Origin: Blastocatellia bacterium | GTDB taxonomy: Bacteria > Acidobacteriota > Blastocatellia > HR10 > J050 | Length of the DNA: 64,000 nt | Reading direction: 5' to 3' | Assembly (NCBI GenBank): GCA_025054955.1 | Contig: JANWZE010000152.1 | Coordinates: forward strand, 70,419 to 134,418 | Shown here: piece by piece, positions 9,351-20,595 of the stretch | Layout: the number at the start of each line of letters is the position of its first letter | Numbering within the stretch: position 1 is the first letter of the stretch | Notes under the pieces: model-generated | What the model was told of the DNA's origin: nothing | The model's database searches: none | The model's input: the letters and a program-made list of their open reading frames with translations, nothing else | Program-made: the position numbers and the translations under genes

Positions 9351-9791
9351 CTAAGCTATAACCGACGTGCAATGCCCACACTTGCTCGCGTTGATCGGTA
9401 TGAGCATCAAGCATTGTGGACATTCTTTTGTCGTTAGGTCCGGCGGCGGCGGTTGCTTCCTCATGCGATTAATGTTTTTGACCACGATGAACAGGGCAAA
9501 TGCAACCAGCAGGAAATTGATCACGGTGTTGATAAACACACCCCAGTTCATCGTCACGGCGCCGGCTTTCTTGGCGTCAGCCAGCGTTGCGTAGGGGCCT
9601 GCTGGATTGCCTTCCTTCAAAATTGTGAAGATATTGCTGAAATCAGCGTTCAGCAGTAAGCCGATGATCGGTGTGAAGAGATCACCGACAAGCGAGTTGA
9701 TCACGGCGCCAAATGCGGCTCCGAGCATAATACCCACCGCCATGTCCACCATGTTACCTTGTGCAGCAAATTCCTTGAATTCTTTTAACAT
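9351..9791 (-). CDS. mscL: Large-conductance mechanosensitive channel MscL with a C-terminal CxxC..CxxC extension
   Basis: MLKEFKEFAAQGNMVDMAVGIMLGAAFG is the canonical MscL N-terminus. The tail is KECPQCLMLIPINASKCGHCTSVIA. Confidence 0.92.
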   Translation of the reverse strand: MLKEFKEFAAQGNMVDMAVGIMLGAAFGAVINSLVGDLFTPIIGLLLNADFSNIFTILKEGNPAGPYATLADAKKAGAVTMNWGVFINTVINFLLVAFALFIVVKNINRMRKQPPPPDLTTKECPQCLMLIPINASKCGHCTSVIA

Positions 9792-10000
9792 CGTATTTGT
9801 CCTCCCGTATCGGTCGAGCTATCCGTTGCCGGACAGCCGCACGCACAGACCTGCTCGGCGCTGCTGCCGGCGATCTCGGCTTTTGCTTCGCTATCGGCGG
9901 TCGTCAGTTGAATCCACGTCACCTGCGTCCGATCCATGTATGCCCATTGTTATATGCTCATCTGACGCGAAGCATGGCTGACCGGCCGCCATGCAATCCG

Positions 10001-10696
10001 CTATGACGCGAAAACGTCGCGTAACAATTTGGTCACGCGCGCGGCCGGATCACGACGTATCTTGCGTTCTTCCTCCCCTAGCACATAAAACAGCCCGTCG
10101 AGGCTCTTCTCCACCACGTATTGATCAAGGTCAAACGGTTCAGTTTTCACAAAGGGAATGTTCTGAGAGCGTCCCAGGACCTCTTTGTAGCGTCGCGTCA
10201 CACCGACGTCATTCATCGCCTGTTGCACAATCGGCTTGAACGCACTGATCAGATGAGGGGTCGTTTTGCGTCGAAAGTAATCGGTTGCGGCCGTCTCCGG
10301 GCCATTCAGGATCGCGCGCGCATCCTCGAACGTCATTTGTTTGATCGCATCCCAGAAGATTGACTTGGCCCGCGGTGCGGCCTGTTCGGCTGCGCGGTTC
10401 ATGCTCAATACGAGCTGATCAATCTGCGGGCCATAGCCAGCAAAACGGAGCGCAGCTTCCATCTTTCGCAGTTTTTCCGGTAGCAAAATCTTAATGGCTT
10501 GATTCTTGAAATACCCATCCACACGCCCGGTCTGCTTGACCGTGTTAGTCGTGCCGACCTGTAACGCTTCTTTCAACCCGGCGACGATTTGTGACTCGCT
10601 TAATCGGTGTCCCAAGCCGAGACGTTCGAGGACGCGGTCCACCTGTGCGGCAGAGATCGCGCTGAGCATCAGGATGAGTATGACAGTGAAGCTCAT
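10001..10696 (-). CDS. DUF4197 domain-containing secreted protein
   Basis: Contains [66 protein letters not shown], which matches the DUF4197 family. The start is the ATG at 10696 (GGAGG upstream), giving the signal peptide [18 protein letters not shown]. Confidence 0.8.
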   Translation of the reverse strand: MSFTVILILMLSAISAAQVDRVLERLGLGHRLSESQIVAGLKEALQVGTTNTVKQTGRVDGYFKNQAIKILLPEKLRKMEAALRFAGYGPQIDQLVLSMNRAAEQAAPRAKSIFWDAIKQMTFEDARAILNGPETAATDYFRRKTTPHLISAFKPIVQQAMNDVGVTRRYKEVLGRSQNIPFVKTEPFDLDQYVVEKSLDGLFYVLGEEERKIRRDPAARVTKLLRDVFAS

Positions 10697-11042
10697 TGAC
10701 CACGCCTCCGTTCGTGTTTTGCTGGCCATCATAGCACAAGGAAGGCGCTGAGCCAATAAGCTATGATGGAGTCATTCGGCCATTGTCATACCCATCCGGG
10801 TCGCTTCTGTGATGCTCGGGAGAAGAGTGGAGGAAGCATCACAACGCTGTTGGAAGTAGGTTGACCAAGAGGCCGAATGACCCCCTTGCCTGCTGGACAA
10901 CAACGGTGCCCCCCTACGCAGGCAAACTCGCTATACCGCTTCTCCATAGTCCGCTACTCGCCGACATAAACCGACCACTACCACCCTCGTGAACCGAGCA
11001 CACACAACGACGAGCAACGGACTACGGACAACCGGCACACAG

Positions 11043-11258
11043 CTAGAGCTGACTGAGCATATCCCCCAGCCCTTTGGCGTATTTCTTTTCACCCTGCTCC
11101 TCCTCGCCTAGGAGGCTTGCCAGGTGGTGTTTGAGGGGAACCGGCGCTTTCTCATTCAGGTAGCTGAGAACGCTCTCAATCGCCGTTTGAGCCGCGTGCT
11201 CAGGGATGTTGGCGCGTTGCGAAACCAGTTTGACAAGGTCATTCATTGGTTTGTTCAT
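11043..11258 (-). CDS. Small hypothetical protein (71 aa)
   Basis: GGGAG lies 6 nt upstream of the ATG. The composition is helical and hydrophilic. I recognise no family. Confidence 0.55.
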   Translation of the reverse strand: MNKPMNDLVKLVSQRANIPEHAAQTAIESVLSYLNEKAPVPLKHHLASLLGEEEQGEKKYAKGLGDMLSQL

Positions 11259-11362
11259 GATGCTCCCTGTTGTGCTTCTCTCAACTTGGCCGCACCAGAG
11301 CCAGCAGCGGCGAAGATGGGGTCTCGGTCATCAGCCATCGCCACTGACCCTGGTGCGATAAG

Positions 11363-11407
11363 CTGCTGAGGTCGTTCGATGTTGAAACATCGAACGACCC
11401 TCAGCAG
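11363..11407. other. Near-perfect 19/20-bp inverted repeat (stem-loop)
   Basis: CTGCTGAGGTCGTTCGATG - ttgaaa - CATCGAACGACCCTCAGCAG, with one bulged base. There is no flanking T-run on either strand. Confidence 0.6.
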
Positions 11408-11631
11408 GAAACACGACTGCAAAGCCTGTGCCAGAGTGATGCCGAAATTCTCAACCTGTTCATGATGATTGGGTTGCTGATCGAAGAGGCCACCTCAGAA
11501 GCGGACGCCAATCCATCGTTGAGACATCAGGGGCGTTTCATCGGTGTGTCATGTTGTCCCGCCTGAGACAAATGAGTGCCACAGAGACAGTCGTCCGCGC
11601 GTGATCGCGTGAGGATGAGCGGTCAGTGTGG

Positions 11632-11680
11632 GTATGAGTATGAGCGGTGAGTATGAGCATGACCATGAGCATGAGCATGA
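11632..11680. repeat. Imperfect hexanucleotide microsatellite (GYATGA x8)
   Basis: The sequence is gtatga gtatga gcggtga gtatga gcatga ccatga gcatga gcatga, in an ORF-poor spacer. Confidence 0.7.
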
Positions 11681-11823
11681 TCTATCTGCACGGTTAGGAG
11701 CAAGACCGCACTCGCCCAATGTCAGAGCATGCTATCGGGTGGTTGAAGTGTGGCAGCTCGTGTGCGTCGAATACGGGTTTGATCCACGATCGGCGCACAT
11801 GCGAGAGTGTGTCGAAGCTCGGT

Positions 11824-11862
11824 CAAAAAAATCGGGAGTAGGATTTTGGCTTTCCTACTCCC
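11824..11862 (-). terminator. Rho-independent terminator
   Basis: The minus strand reads GGGAGTAGGA-aagccaaaa-TCCTACTCCC followed by GATTTTTTTG. It lies about 160 nt downstream of the BON-LysM gene stop. Confidence 0.75.
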
Positions 11863-12021
11863 ACTCAAGCGATTTAAGGAGGATTGACCTGAAACCCCGC
11901 GTTTAGCTGACTATCCTGTTCGTCACCAGTGAATCTCCCTTCCAGAGCGGTTGGTGGAATTTTTCATGATGACATAGTCGCCTTGTTTTGAGCCTCGCTC
12001 GACAGCGGCACGTCAGACATT

Positions 12022-12492
12022 TCAGGCGTTTTCAGAAGGTATCTTGAGCACCTGTCCGACCTTGATCAAATCGGGATCGTCTAACTGATCCTCGTTGGCA
12101 TAAAAGATGCGCATGTACTCATTAGGGTCACCGTAGAACTGCTTGGCTATTTTCGAGAGTGTGTCGCCGGGCTTGACCGTATAGGTTTGCATCGCCGACG
12201 GCGCAGCACTCGGTGCAGCCACATCAAAATCGGCGATCAGATCGTCGTAGGTGGGATTGACAAGCTTGATCTGATCCCAGACGGCATTTTTAGCCTGTTC
12301 AGACGGCGCCGTTCCTTTGATGAACAGTTTGTTGTCTTGCACGTGTAGATTGTGAAGCTGAACTTTCTGTTGCTGGATCAAGTTCAGCACGGATTGATAC
12401 TTGGCTTTTAACTCTTCAAAGCGCTTTGTTGCGGCGGGCGCTGCTTGCGCTGCTGAAGCGCCTTTTCCAAACATCTTATCGAATATCCCCAT
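12022..12492 (-). CDS. BON-LysM protein (Kbp/YgaU-like)
   Basis: The N-terminus MGIFDKMFGKG.., a BON-like KLFIKGTAPSEQAKNAVWD and a C-terminal LysM (YTVKPGDTLSKIAKQFYGDPNEYMRIFYAN..GQVLKIP) parallel E. coli YgaU. GGAGG lies upstream. Confidence 0.85.
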   Translation of the reverse strand: MGIFDKMFGKGASAAQAAPAATKRFEELKAKYQSVLNLIQQQKVQLHNLHVQDNKLFIKGTAPSEQAKNAVWDQIKLVNPTYDDLIADFDVAAPSAAPSAMQTYTVKPGDTLSKIAKQFYGDPNEYMRIFYANEDQLDDPDLIKVGQVLKIPSENA

Positions 12493-13149
12493 TGTTTCTC
12501 CTCCAAAATAAAGTAGCGCGGCTAGACTAGCTTATTTGCTGATACACTGTCTAGTGCAGTTGAGAAATTTCGGCCTGCAGGCTCACGATGTGACCGTCTC
12601 GCATGCATCTTATCCTTCATGTTCAGCTCATGAGTTCTGCTGACCATTTTGCCTGCGTTGCCTTGTACTGTTGCAATCTCCATCCCCCGTCGCACCATCA
12701 TATCCCCTCGCAGGAGTACACACGCAGAGCAAGCACTGTGCCGCCACTGCCGCTCTTAGAGCAATTGACTGATTCAATAGAAGTTGACCTGCCAACGTGG
12801 TTGTTGCACAGTACGTGTTCGAGGCTCTGATGGCACAGAAAATATGTTCCATCAGTGTCCCACCTGTGTCTCATGGATACACAAGCACCGTCTGACTGCG
12901 GTGGTTCAATCTGATTATCATGGTCCAGGAGGTTCCAAGAACAAGATGTTCAAAAGGTAGAACGCCGATGAGGCAGATCGGACAGATCGAGATCCAGACA
13001 AACCGCTCATCTGCCAACATCGGTCACTGAGAGCAATTTTCAATTGCATTTGGCCTGGAGGCCCTTACATCTTGCGGGCTGATGACGGCCGCTGTCAGGG
13101 TAAACTCGTTCACAAACCGCTCTAGCAGCAGCCGCGTTCGCTTGATGCC

Positions 13150-13224
13150 GTTTCACTGAGAAGAGGCTTCCGGTTTGAAGCCCATTGAAGGATCGAGTAT
13201 GAGTTCGAGCTTCAGGCTGCTGTT

Positions 13225-13250
<26 letters not shown>
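13150..13250. repeat. Direct repeat, 29 bp identical, period 72. The upstream copy (relative to the gene) is the last 8 codons plus stop of the sigma-54 activator gene.
   Basis: gtttcactgagaagaggcttccggtttga occurs at 13150-13178 and at 13222-13250. The stop codon is at 13225-13227. Confidence 0.9.
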
Positions 13251-14958
<1,708 letters not shown>

Positions 14959-14964
<6 letters not shown>

Positions 14965-15079
14965 GATGAGGCTCTCACAGCATCGCTCGCCTGAGCGTCA
15001 GGAACGCTTCCTCCGCTCGTGCATGATAGTTCTTACGAGAGCATCGCTCGCGTGAGCGTCAGGAACGCTTCCTCCACCC
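14959..15079. repeat. Tandem duplication of about 60 bp, two copies, spanning the GTPase gene 3' end and the activator start codon
   Basis: Copy 1 is 14959-15018 and copy 2 is 15019-15079. They share cgtgcatgat and agcatcgctcgc[c/g]tgagcgtcaggaacgcttcctcc. Confidence 0.9.
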
Positions 15080-15527
15080 CGAGACCCGTTTTGGCGCTGG
15101 TGCGCATGACAGTCCAGCCGCGCGCCACCAGCGGGTCCGTATCGGTCGGGGTCAGCTCCCATTGAGCAGTCAAATCCGACTTATTCAACACCACAACGAA
15201 AGGGATTTGATGGATCAAATTCTCCACCATGGCCTGCAACTGAAGCGCATCGTTCAACGTGGTTCGGCGTGTGCCATCAACCACCAACAAATAGCCGGCC
15301 GCGCCGCGCAAATAAGAGGAGCGCAGTTGCTGAAATTGATCTTCCCCATGCAAATCCCACAAGACCAGGTTGACCAGTTGACCTTCAAGTGAGACTGCCT
15401 TCTTGTCAATCTTGACGCCGACAGTTGTCAGGTATTTTTCTGAAAACATGCTCGTGACGAAGCGCCTCACCAGACTCGTTTTGCCGACAGCCGATGTGCC
15501 CAACATGCAAATTTTTTTTCGGATCAC
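15033..15527 (-). CDS. Ras/Rab-like small GTPase
   Basis: G1 is GTSAVGKT, G3 is WDLHGED, G4 is NKSD and G5 is RTSAKTGLGVEEAF. GTG start with GGAGGTGA 10 nt upstream. Confidence 0.88.
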   Translation of the reverse strand: MIRKKICMLGTSAVGKTSLVRRFVTSMFSEKYLTTVGVKIDKKAVSLEGQLVNLVLWDLHGEDQFQQLRSSYLRGAAGYLLVVDGTRRTTLNDALQLQAMVENLIHQIPFVVVLNKSDLTAQWELTPTDTDPLVARGWTVMRTSAKTGLGVEEAFLTLTRAMLS

Positions 15528-15543
15528 AGTTTTCGGATCACCT
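15516..15543. repeat. 14-bp tandem duplication across the OmpA-gene stop and the GTPase start
   Basis: ttttcggatcacag followed by ttttcggatcacct. It contains the GTPase GTG start (15525-15527) and the upstream gene's TGA (15538-15540). Confidence 0.8.
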
Positions 15544-17301
15544 CCTACTCACATCGCGAAGGCTGATCGTGAACGAGACCCGACGATTCACGGCCTTGTC
15601 TGATTCTGTCTTTTCCGGTTGCAACGGTTCACGCGCGCCGAGGCCACGCGCCGTGAGCGCGCTGGCCTTGACACCTTGAGCGATTAACCATGAGCGCACT
15701 TTCTCAGCGCGTTGTTGACTGAGCCGGAGATTCGCTTCATCTGATCCGCTGGCATCCGTATGACCGCTCACCGTGACCTCAACCGCGTGTTCGATGGCAG
15801 CAGCCGCTTGATCGAGTTGGCGAAGCGCAGCGGCCAGCTCGTTCAGCATGCGCTCTTGGCCGGGCGACAGCGTTGTTGTGCCGCCAGCAAACCGGATCGT
15901 CTGCGATTGCAATGCCTCAATTTTGGATTCTAGCGCCTGTTTATCCAGGTCAATCAGTTGTTCTTCACGCCAAGCTGTAATGCCGGCAACAGCCCAGGCC
16001 AGCCGTCGCGCGTCAACGATCCAACGATGTGGCGCCGCGCCGACGGCAACCAATGCGCTATTCTGAACGCGCAGCGACACGCCCGGCGGCGGTTGCAACA
16101 GCTTCTCGGCTCGCTGACGGATGAACGTCGGTTCTAACGCTTGATACGGTTCCCATTGACCGACGACGCGGTCGGGATCGAGCTTGCTTTCTCGCAGCAA
16201 CGCCTGCGGATCAGCAGCCAGCGGGTCGCGCAAGCCAGCGACAACGAATCGGCCGCTCTGCTTGAACGCGTTTGTGACGACAATGCCCGGTTCGGCGCGA
16301 AGCCGTTCAAGGTAATCATGCCAGCGCCAGTTATCACGGAGCGTCCACCATCCCCATACACCCAGCGCCACCACCAGCAACGCGATCAAGCCGACCAGCG
16401 CAGGCGAGAGTTTCTTCGTCGTGGGTTGATATTGCGTTTGAAGACACGCTTGCAGATAAGGCCGCGTGGCTTCAAACGGTGCGTCATCACCGGCGAAGGC
16501 TTCCAGCGCCGCGCGTTGCGTTAGATGAATGCGCTCCAGTGCGTCACGAAACACCGCGCGCAGTTCAACCGGTGCGTGCCCGCGAATCACGCCAGCCAGT
16601 AGGGCGTGGGGCCCTTGCTCGATCCACACGGTGAGTTCACCAACCTGCAATGTTTCCAGCTCATCATGCGTGCCCAGCGTGAATGAGTCGCGCACGAAAT
16701 CTTGAATCGCCGTGAGCATGCCGGAAATCATATCGGCATCTCTTGGCGCGGCGGTCTCGGCGGCCACGTGTTGCAGCAGCAACCCGGTTCGTTTGTGAAT
16801 CAAGAATACCTGCTCAACCCGATAGAGCAGGCTGTGAAGCATGATCACTTCAGCCAGCGGCTTGCCTGTGCGACGCGCTTCCAGTCGCCACTGAATGCTT
16901 TGCCAGGAGAGGCTCCGTTCAAGCACTTGATTGAATGATTCCAGCGCCTCGCGCAATGCCGTGGTGACCGCCTTCCGGATCGCCGGTCCGATCACCGGAA
17001 AGATCGCGTCGGTGATCGGCTGTGGATCACGTTTGACGGAGATGGTCAGCGCCTGTTGCACGGTGGGCAGTAGCGCTTCAGTCAGTTGTTGGTCTTTGCG
17101 CGTGCGCAGCACAATGGCATCAGGCAGGACTTCGCTGATACCTTCAGCGTGGCGCAGATGGTCTACCCGCTCGCGCAGTTGCACAAGCTCAGTTTGCTCC
17201 GGCCCAATGAGCAGATGGCGGAGCTCGTCCAGTTCACGGTCATCAGCATGGCGATCGAATGAAACGTCCACAGACACATTCGTCGCAGATGTATCAGGCA
17301 T
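15538..17301 (-). CDS. Single-pass membrane protein: cytoplasmic N-terminal region with a Roadblock/LC7-like segment, one TM helix, a periplasmic region and a C-terminal OmpA/MotB peptidoglycan-binding domain
   Basis: OmpA-like VSGHTDASGSDEANLRLSQQRAEKV..NRRVSF. TM helix LSPALVGLIALLVVALGVWGWW. GAGGAG lies upstream of the ATG at 17301. The Roadblock call is inferred only from the sequence pattern. Confidence 0.85.
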   Translation of the reverse strand: MPDTSATNVSVDVSFDRHADDRELDELRHLLIGPEQTELVQLRERVDHLRHAEGISEVLPDAIVLRTRKDQQLTEALLPTVQQALTISVKRDPQPITDAIFPVIGPAIRKAVTTALREALESFNQVLERSLSWQSIQWRLEARRTGKPLAEVIMLHSLLYRVEQVFLIHKRTGLLLQHVAAETAAPRDADMISGMLTAIQDFVRDSFTLGTHDELETLQVGELTVWIEQGPHALLAGVIRGHAPVELRAVFRDALERIHLTQRAALEAFAGDDAPFEATRPYLQACLQTQYQPTTKKLSPALVGLIALLVVALGVWGWWTLRDNWRWHDYLERLRAEPGIVVTNAFKQSGRFVVAGLRDPLAADPQALLRESKLDPDRVVGQWEPYQALEPTFIRQRAEKLLQPPPGVSLRVQNSALVAVGAAPHRWIVDARRLAWAVAGITAWREEQLIDLDKQALESKIEALQSQTIRFAGGTTTLSPGQERMLNELAAALRQLDQAAAAIEHAVEVTVSGHTDASGSDEANLRLSQQRAEKVRSWLIAQGVKASALTARGLGAREPLQPEKTESDKAVNRRVSFTISLRDVSRR

Positions 17302-17884
17302 TGCCTAACTCCTCGGAGCCGGGCAGCGTGAATTCGTTGTTCAATCGCATGGCGACTTCCGTAAGCAAGTTGGCAAGCGCCGTGCGAGCTACCTTCTCAT
17401 TGCGGAGTTCGTGGACAGCCCGTTCCAACGTGGCCGATAGGTCTTCATGCCGGCGTTGTATGTCATCGTTCAGGACCCGCACCTGGTCGAGCCATTGTTG
17501 ACGCAGCTCGCGATGCTTTCTGTTCATTTCATCGTCCAACTGAGTCGCTCGCCGTTCCATAGCGCCGGCCAGCTCGTGCAGTTGTCGCGCCAGTTCATTG
17601 CTGGAGGCTGTTCGCTCGTCGCGTTCGCTCATCAACCGGTGCGTGAGCGATTCGATTTCGCCGCGAAAATAATCGGCGAGCGCATCAAACCGTTTGCGAA
17701 TGTCCTCGCGCAGGTCAGCCGCTTCGCGTGACAGACGTTCTTCCAAACGCGTGAACCGCTTCTCATATTCGCGCGCCTGCGCGCCGAATAGAATATCGCG
17801 AACTTTATCGAGACTCCCACTGCCGTGAGCTTCCCCTGTAGTAGCTTGATTCGTGCTTTCCATCGCTCCGGTTAGTTCTGACAT
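17294..17884 (-). CDS. Coiled-coil protein sharing an N-terminal motif with the downstream OmpA-domain protein
   Basis: The composition is heptad-rich and rich in R, E and L. The start is moved to the ATG at 17884 (GGGAGAGGAG upstream). The stop overlaps the next gene by 8 nt. Confidence 0.7.
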   Translation of the reverse strand: MSELTGAMESTNQATTGEAHGSGSLDKVRDILFGAQAREYEKRFTRLEERLSREAADLREDIRKRFDALADYFRGEIESLTHRLMSERDERTASSNELARQLHELAGAMERRATQLDDEMNRKHRELRQQWLDQVRVLNDDIQRRHEDLSATLERAVHELRNEKVARTALANLLTEVAMRLNNEFTLPGSEELGNA

Positions 17885-18516
17885 AAGCTCCTCTCCCTGT
17901 TGGGTCATGTTTGTTGCCTATCGGTAACTCATCCCACCACTGTTGCTCCATAATCATATCTCCAGTTCAGTCACCGACTGGCGGCCATTTTAGTGTCAAT
18001 GAACCGGGAGCGTCAATGCAAACATGCACCGACAAAGCACTGACTGGTCAGCAGGCAACTACCTCTTGGGCCCTCGCCGTCCGTCGTGGCTGTATAGGCA
18101 AAATCCTACCGCTAATTAAGCACTCTTACGGATTTTTTCGAGCAGCGCTTTTTGCGATGATAGAGTGGGCTGATATGTGGAAACCTGGCGCCCACACTGC
18201 CATGGTCAACTTGACGTTGCGAGGCACGGCGCTCTACACGCGCGACCCGCTGCCTGCCGGCATGCTCCGTCAGTTGGCCGTTTGGGCCTCAAAGCTCGGC
18301 TCCATCGTCATCAACGGGCAGAGCCTCACGGCTGAGCAGTTAAATCAATTGGCGCTGCAAAGCGAGCAGTCCGGCCAGCCGATCTCGTTTCGAGAATTTC
18401 CCGAACCAACACGCCCGCGCCGTCACAAGCATTGACAGGCCGCCAACCCGATGGCGCTTACGCTGCGCATACCCTCTCTGCTACTATAGGCTGGTTCATT
18501 GTAGGGAGGAACAAAT

Positions 18517-19035
18517 ATGAAAAGACCGATGGTTATCGCTCTGCTTGTTTTTGTAATGATGGTTGGTTATGGATTCGGTGTTCGCAGTCGTCAGACAGTC
18601 GCTCGCTCAGACAACCAATGGCGAATCAATGTTGCTCGCAGCGTGCCGTTAGAAAGGGCAGCCATTGTCAGCTCAACCGCTCAGTTCGGGGGCGAGGCGG
18701 TGTTCAGCAAAATCTTTCCGCAAGGCCGGCGTGTGCGCGCCAATCAGTCGGCGTTCTCACCGGTCGTGGATGTCAGGGGCATGTCGCGGGTGATTCTCCG
18801 TTTGGAAGCGTCGGCCAACAATCGCGGCGACCTCGGCGTGATCGTGCGTTTCGGTCCAATGTCCGATGATACGCTGACCATTTTCAGTGACGATCAACTG
18901 GGCGTCCTCAGTCCAGGTGTAGGCGTGGATATAGAATTGCCTGTGCGCGGCCCGATGATGCAAGTCGAACTGCTCAATCCGGGCAGCGATGACTTGTTAC
19001 TTAGCTCAGGCGCGACCCTATACGCCGTCCCTTAA
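18517..19035 (+). CDS. Hypothetical exported protein (N-terminal signal/anchor)
   Basis: GGGAGG lies 8 nt upstream. The N-terminus is MKRPMVIALLVFVMMVGYGFG. I recognise no family. Confidence 0.65.
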   Translation: MKRPMVIALLVFVMMVGYGFGVRSRQTVARSDNQWRINVARSVPLERAAIVSSTAQFGGEAVFSKIFPQGRRVRANQSAFSPVVDVRGMSRVILRLEASANNRGDLGVIVRFGPMSDDTLTIFSDDQLGVLSPGVGVDIELPVRGPMMQVELLNPGSDDLLLSSGATLYAVP

Positions 19036-19177
19036 AGCAGACAGAGAACAAGAGACGATTATCAGAGAGCCTCACTGACGCATCAGACGTCAGGAGCACT
19101 GAGCTGCGACTCATGAGCCGAGGCCGTGCAGCAGTGGCTAGTCTCTCCTGTTCAGCGTCTTGTATACTCATGCTGCC

Positions 19178-20521
19178 ATGAACCTGCACACATTACGCCG
19201 TGACGCGCTGGCTATTTTTCATGCGGGATTGCAGGCTGTGGATGCTATTGCCGCTATCCGGCGCCATGTCTCTTATCGAGACCAAAAGCTCAACATTGAC
19301 GGGCGCACGTATGATCTTTCGCGTCGAGGCCACGTGTATGTGGTGGGAGCCGGCAAAGCATCAGCCGCCATGGCGCAGGCCATTGAAGAGATCGTCGGCG
19401 AGGACAAACTGAAGGCGGGATTAGTCAGCGTCAAGTACGGGCACGCTGGCGCATCGCTCAGAGTTATTCAAGCTCGCGAAGCGGGACATCCTGTGCCGGA
19501 TGAGGCCGGATTGAACAATAGCAAGCAGATCATCGAACTGCTGCGGCAAACAACGCGAGATGATCTGGTGATCTGTCTGTTGTCGGGCGGCGGGTCGGCG
19601 CTGTTGCCGTGCCCGACGCAAGGCGTGACGTTAGCCGATAAACAACGGGTGACGCAATTATTGCTACAGTGCGGCGCAACGATTCACGAGATCAACGCCG
19701 TGCGCAAACATCTGTCGCAACTGAAGGGCGGGCGATTGGCGCGGCTGGCTGCTCCTTCACGAGTCGTTTCGTTGATTCTATCGGATGTCGTCGGCGATGA
19801 CGTGAGCAGTATTGCTTCTGGTCCAACTGCGCCTGACGATACGACGTTTGCCGACTGTTTGCGCATTCTGGACAAGTATCAATTAAGAGATCAGATTCCG
19901 TCCGCGGTGCTAAAGGTATTGCAGCGCGGCGCGCGCGGCCAAATAGAGGAAACGCCCAAATCGAACGATCCATTATTCCGAGGGCAGCGGCGGCCACAGA
20001 ATCTTATCATTGGCAGCAATATCCTCGCTGTTGAAGCTGCAAAGCGCAAAGCTGAGGCCGCTGGGTATCGCTGCCTTGTTTTGTCAACGCTGGTTGAAGG
20101 CGAGACAAGGGAGGTGGCTCGCGTTCATGCTGCTATAGCCAAAGAAATTTGCCGGAGCGGGAATCCGATTCCCCGACCAGCCTGTATCATTTCCGGCGGC
20201 GAGACAACAGTCACCATTCGTGGCCGAGGGCTTGGCGGGCGCAATCAAGAATTTGCGCTAGCCGCGGCCATTGATATTGATGGATGGAAAAACGTCGTTA
20301 TATTGAGCGGCGGTACTGACGGCAGCGATGGTCCGACTGATGCCGCCGGCGCCATCGCCGATGGAACAACTGTGCAGCGTGCCCGGCTCAAGGGTCTCGA
20401 CCCGCAGCGATTCTTGCGCGACAATGACTCCTATCACTTTTTCCGAGCGCTCGGAGATTTGCTGATCACCGGGCCAACATTGACCAATGTGATGGATTTG
20501 CGATTGATTTTAGTCGGTTAA
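19178..20521 (+). CDS. Glycerate 2-kinase / hydroxypyruvate reductase family protein (DUF4147 plus MOFRL)
   Basis: Contains VYVVGAGKASAAMA, LLSGGGSALL, SGGETTVTIRGRGLGGRNQEFALAAA and LSGGTDGSDGPTDAAGA. The ORF-track start at 19160 is a TTG, so I use the ATG at 19178. Confidence 0.88.
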   Translation: MNLHTLRRDALAIFHAGLQAVDAIAAIRRHVSYRDQKLNIDGRTYDLSRRGHVYVVGAGKASAAMAQAIEEIVGEDKLKAGLVSVKYGHAGASLRVIQAREAGHPVPDEAGLNNSKQIIELLRQTTRDDLVICLLSGGGSALLPCPTQGVTLADKQRVTQLLLQCGATIHEINAVRKHLSQLKGGRLARLAAPSRVVSLILSDVVGDDVSSIASGPTAPDDTTFADCLRILDKYQLRDQIPSAVLKVLQRGARGQIEETPKSNDPLFRGQRRPQNLIIGSNILAVEAAKRKAEAAGYRCLVLSTLVEGETREVARVHAAIAKEICRSGNPIPRPACIISGGETTVTIRGRGLGGRNQEFALAAAIDIDGWKNVVILSGGTDGSDGPTDAAGAIADGTTVQRARLKGLDPQRFLRDNDSYHFFRALGDLLITGPTLTNVMDLRLILVG

Positions 20522-20595
20522 TCGTGGATCGTGATCTGTGGATTGTGGATCGCGGTTTGTGGTTCGTGGATGGAGCATTGAATGCGACATGCGGG

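Noticed and set aside
12493-12800. A possible c-di-AMP (ydaO-type) riboswitch in the long leader of the BON-LysM gene. The minus strand contains GCGAGGGGAUAUGAUGGUGCGACGGGGGAUGGAG.
   Set aside because: Only the GGGGA/ACGGGG-like fragments resemble the motif. I could not find the other conserved segments I remember, namely ACCCA and CCGAAyCCG..AGCUAACC. An Infernal scan is needed before any claim.
17911-18435. A 174-aa plus-strand ORF divergent from the GTPase operon.
   Set aside because: It starts at a TTG with no RBS, and its N-terminal half is low-complexity (..SSHHCCSIIISPVQSPTGG..). A shorter product from an internal ATG (MIEWADMW..) cannot be excluded, but it has no RBS or recognisable family.
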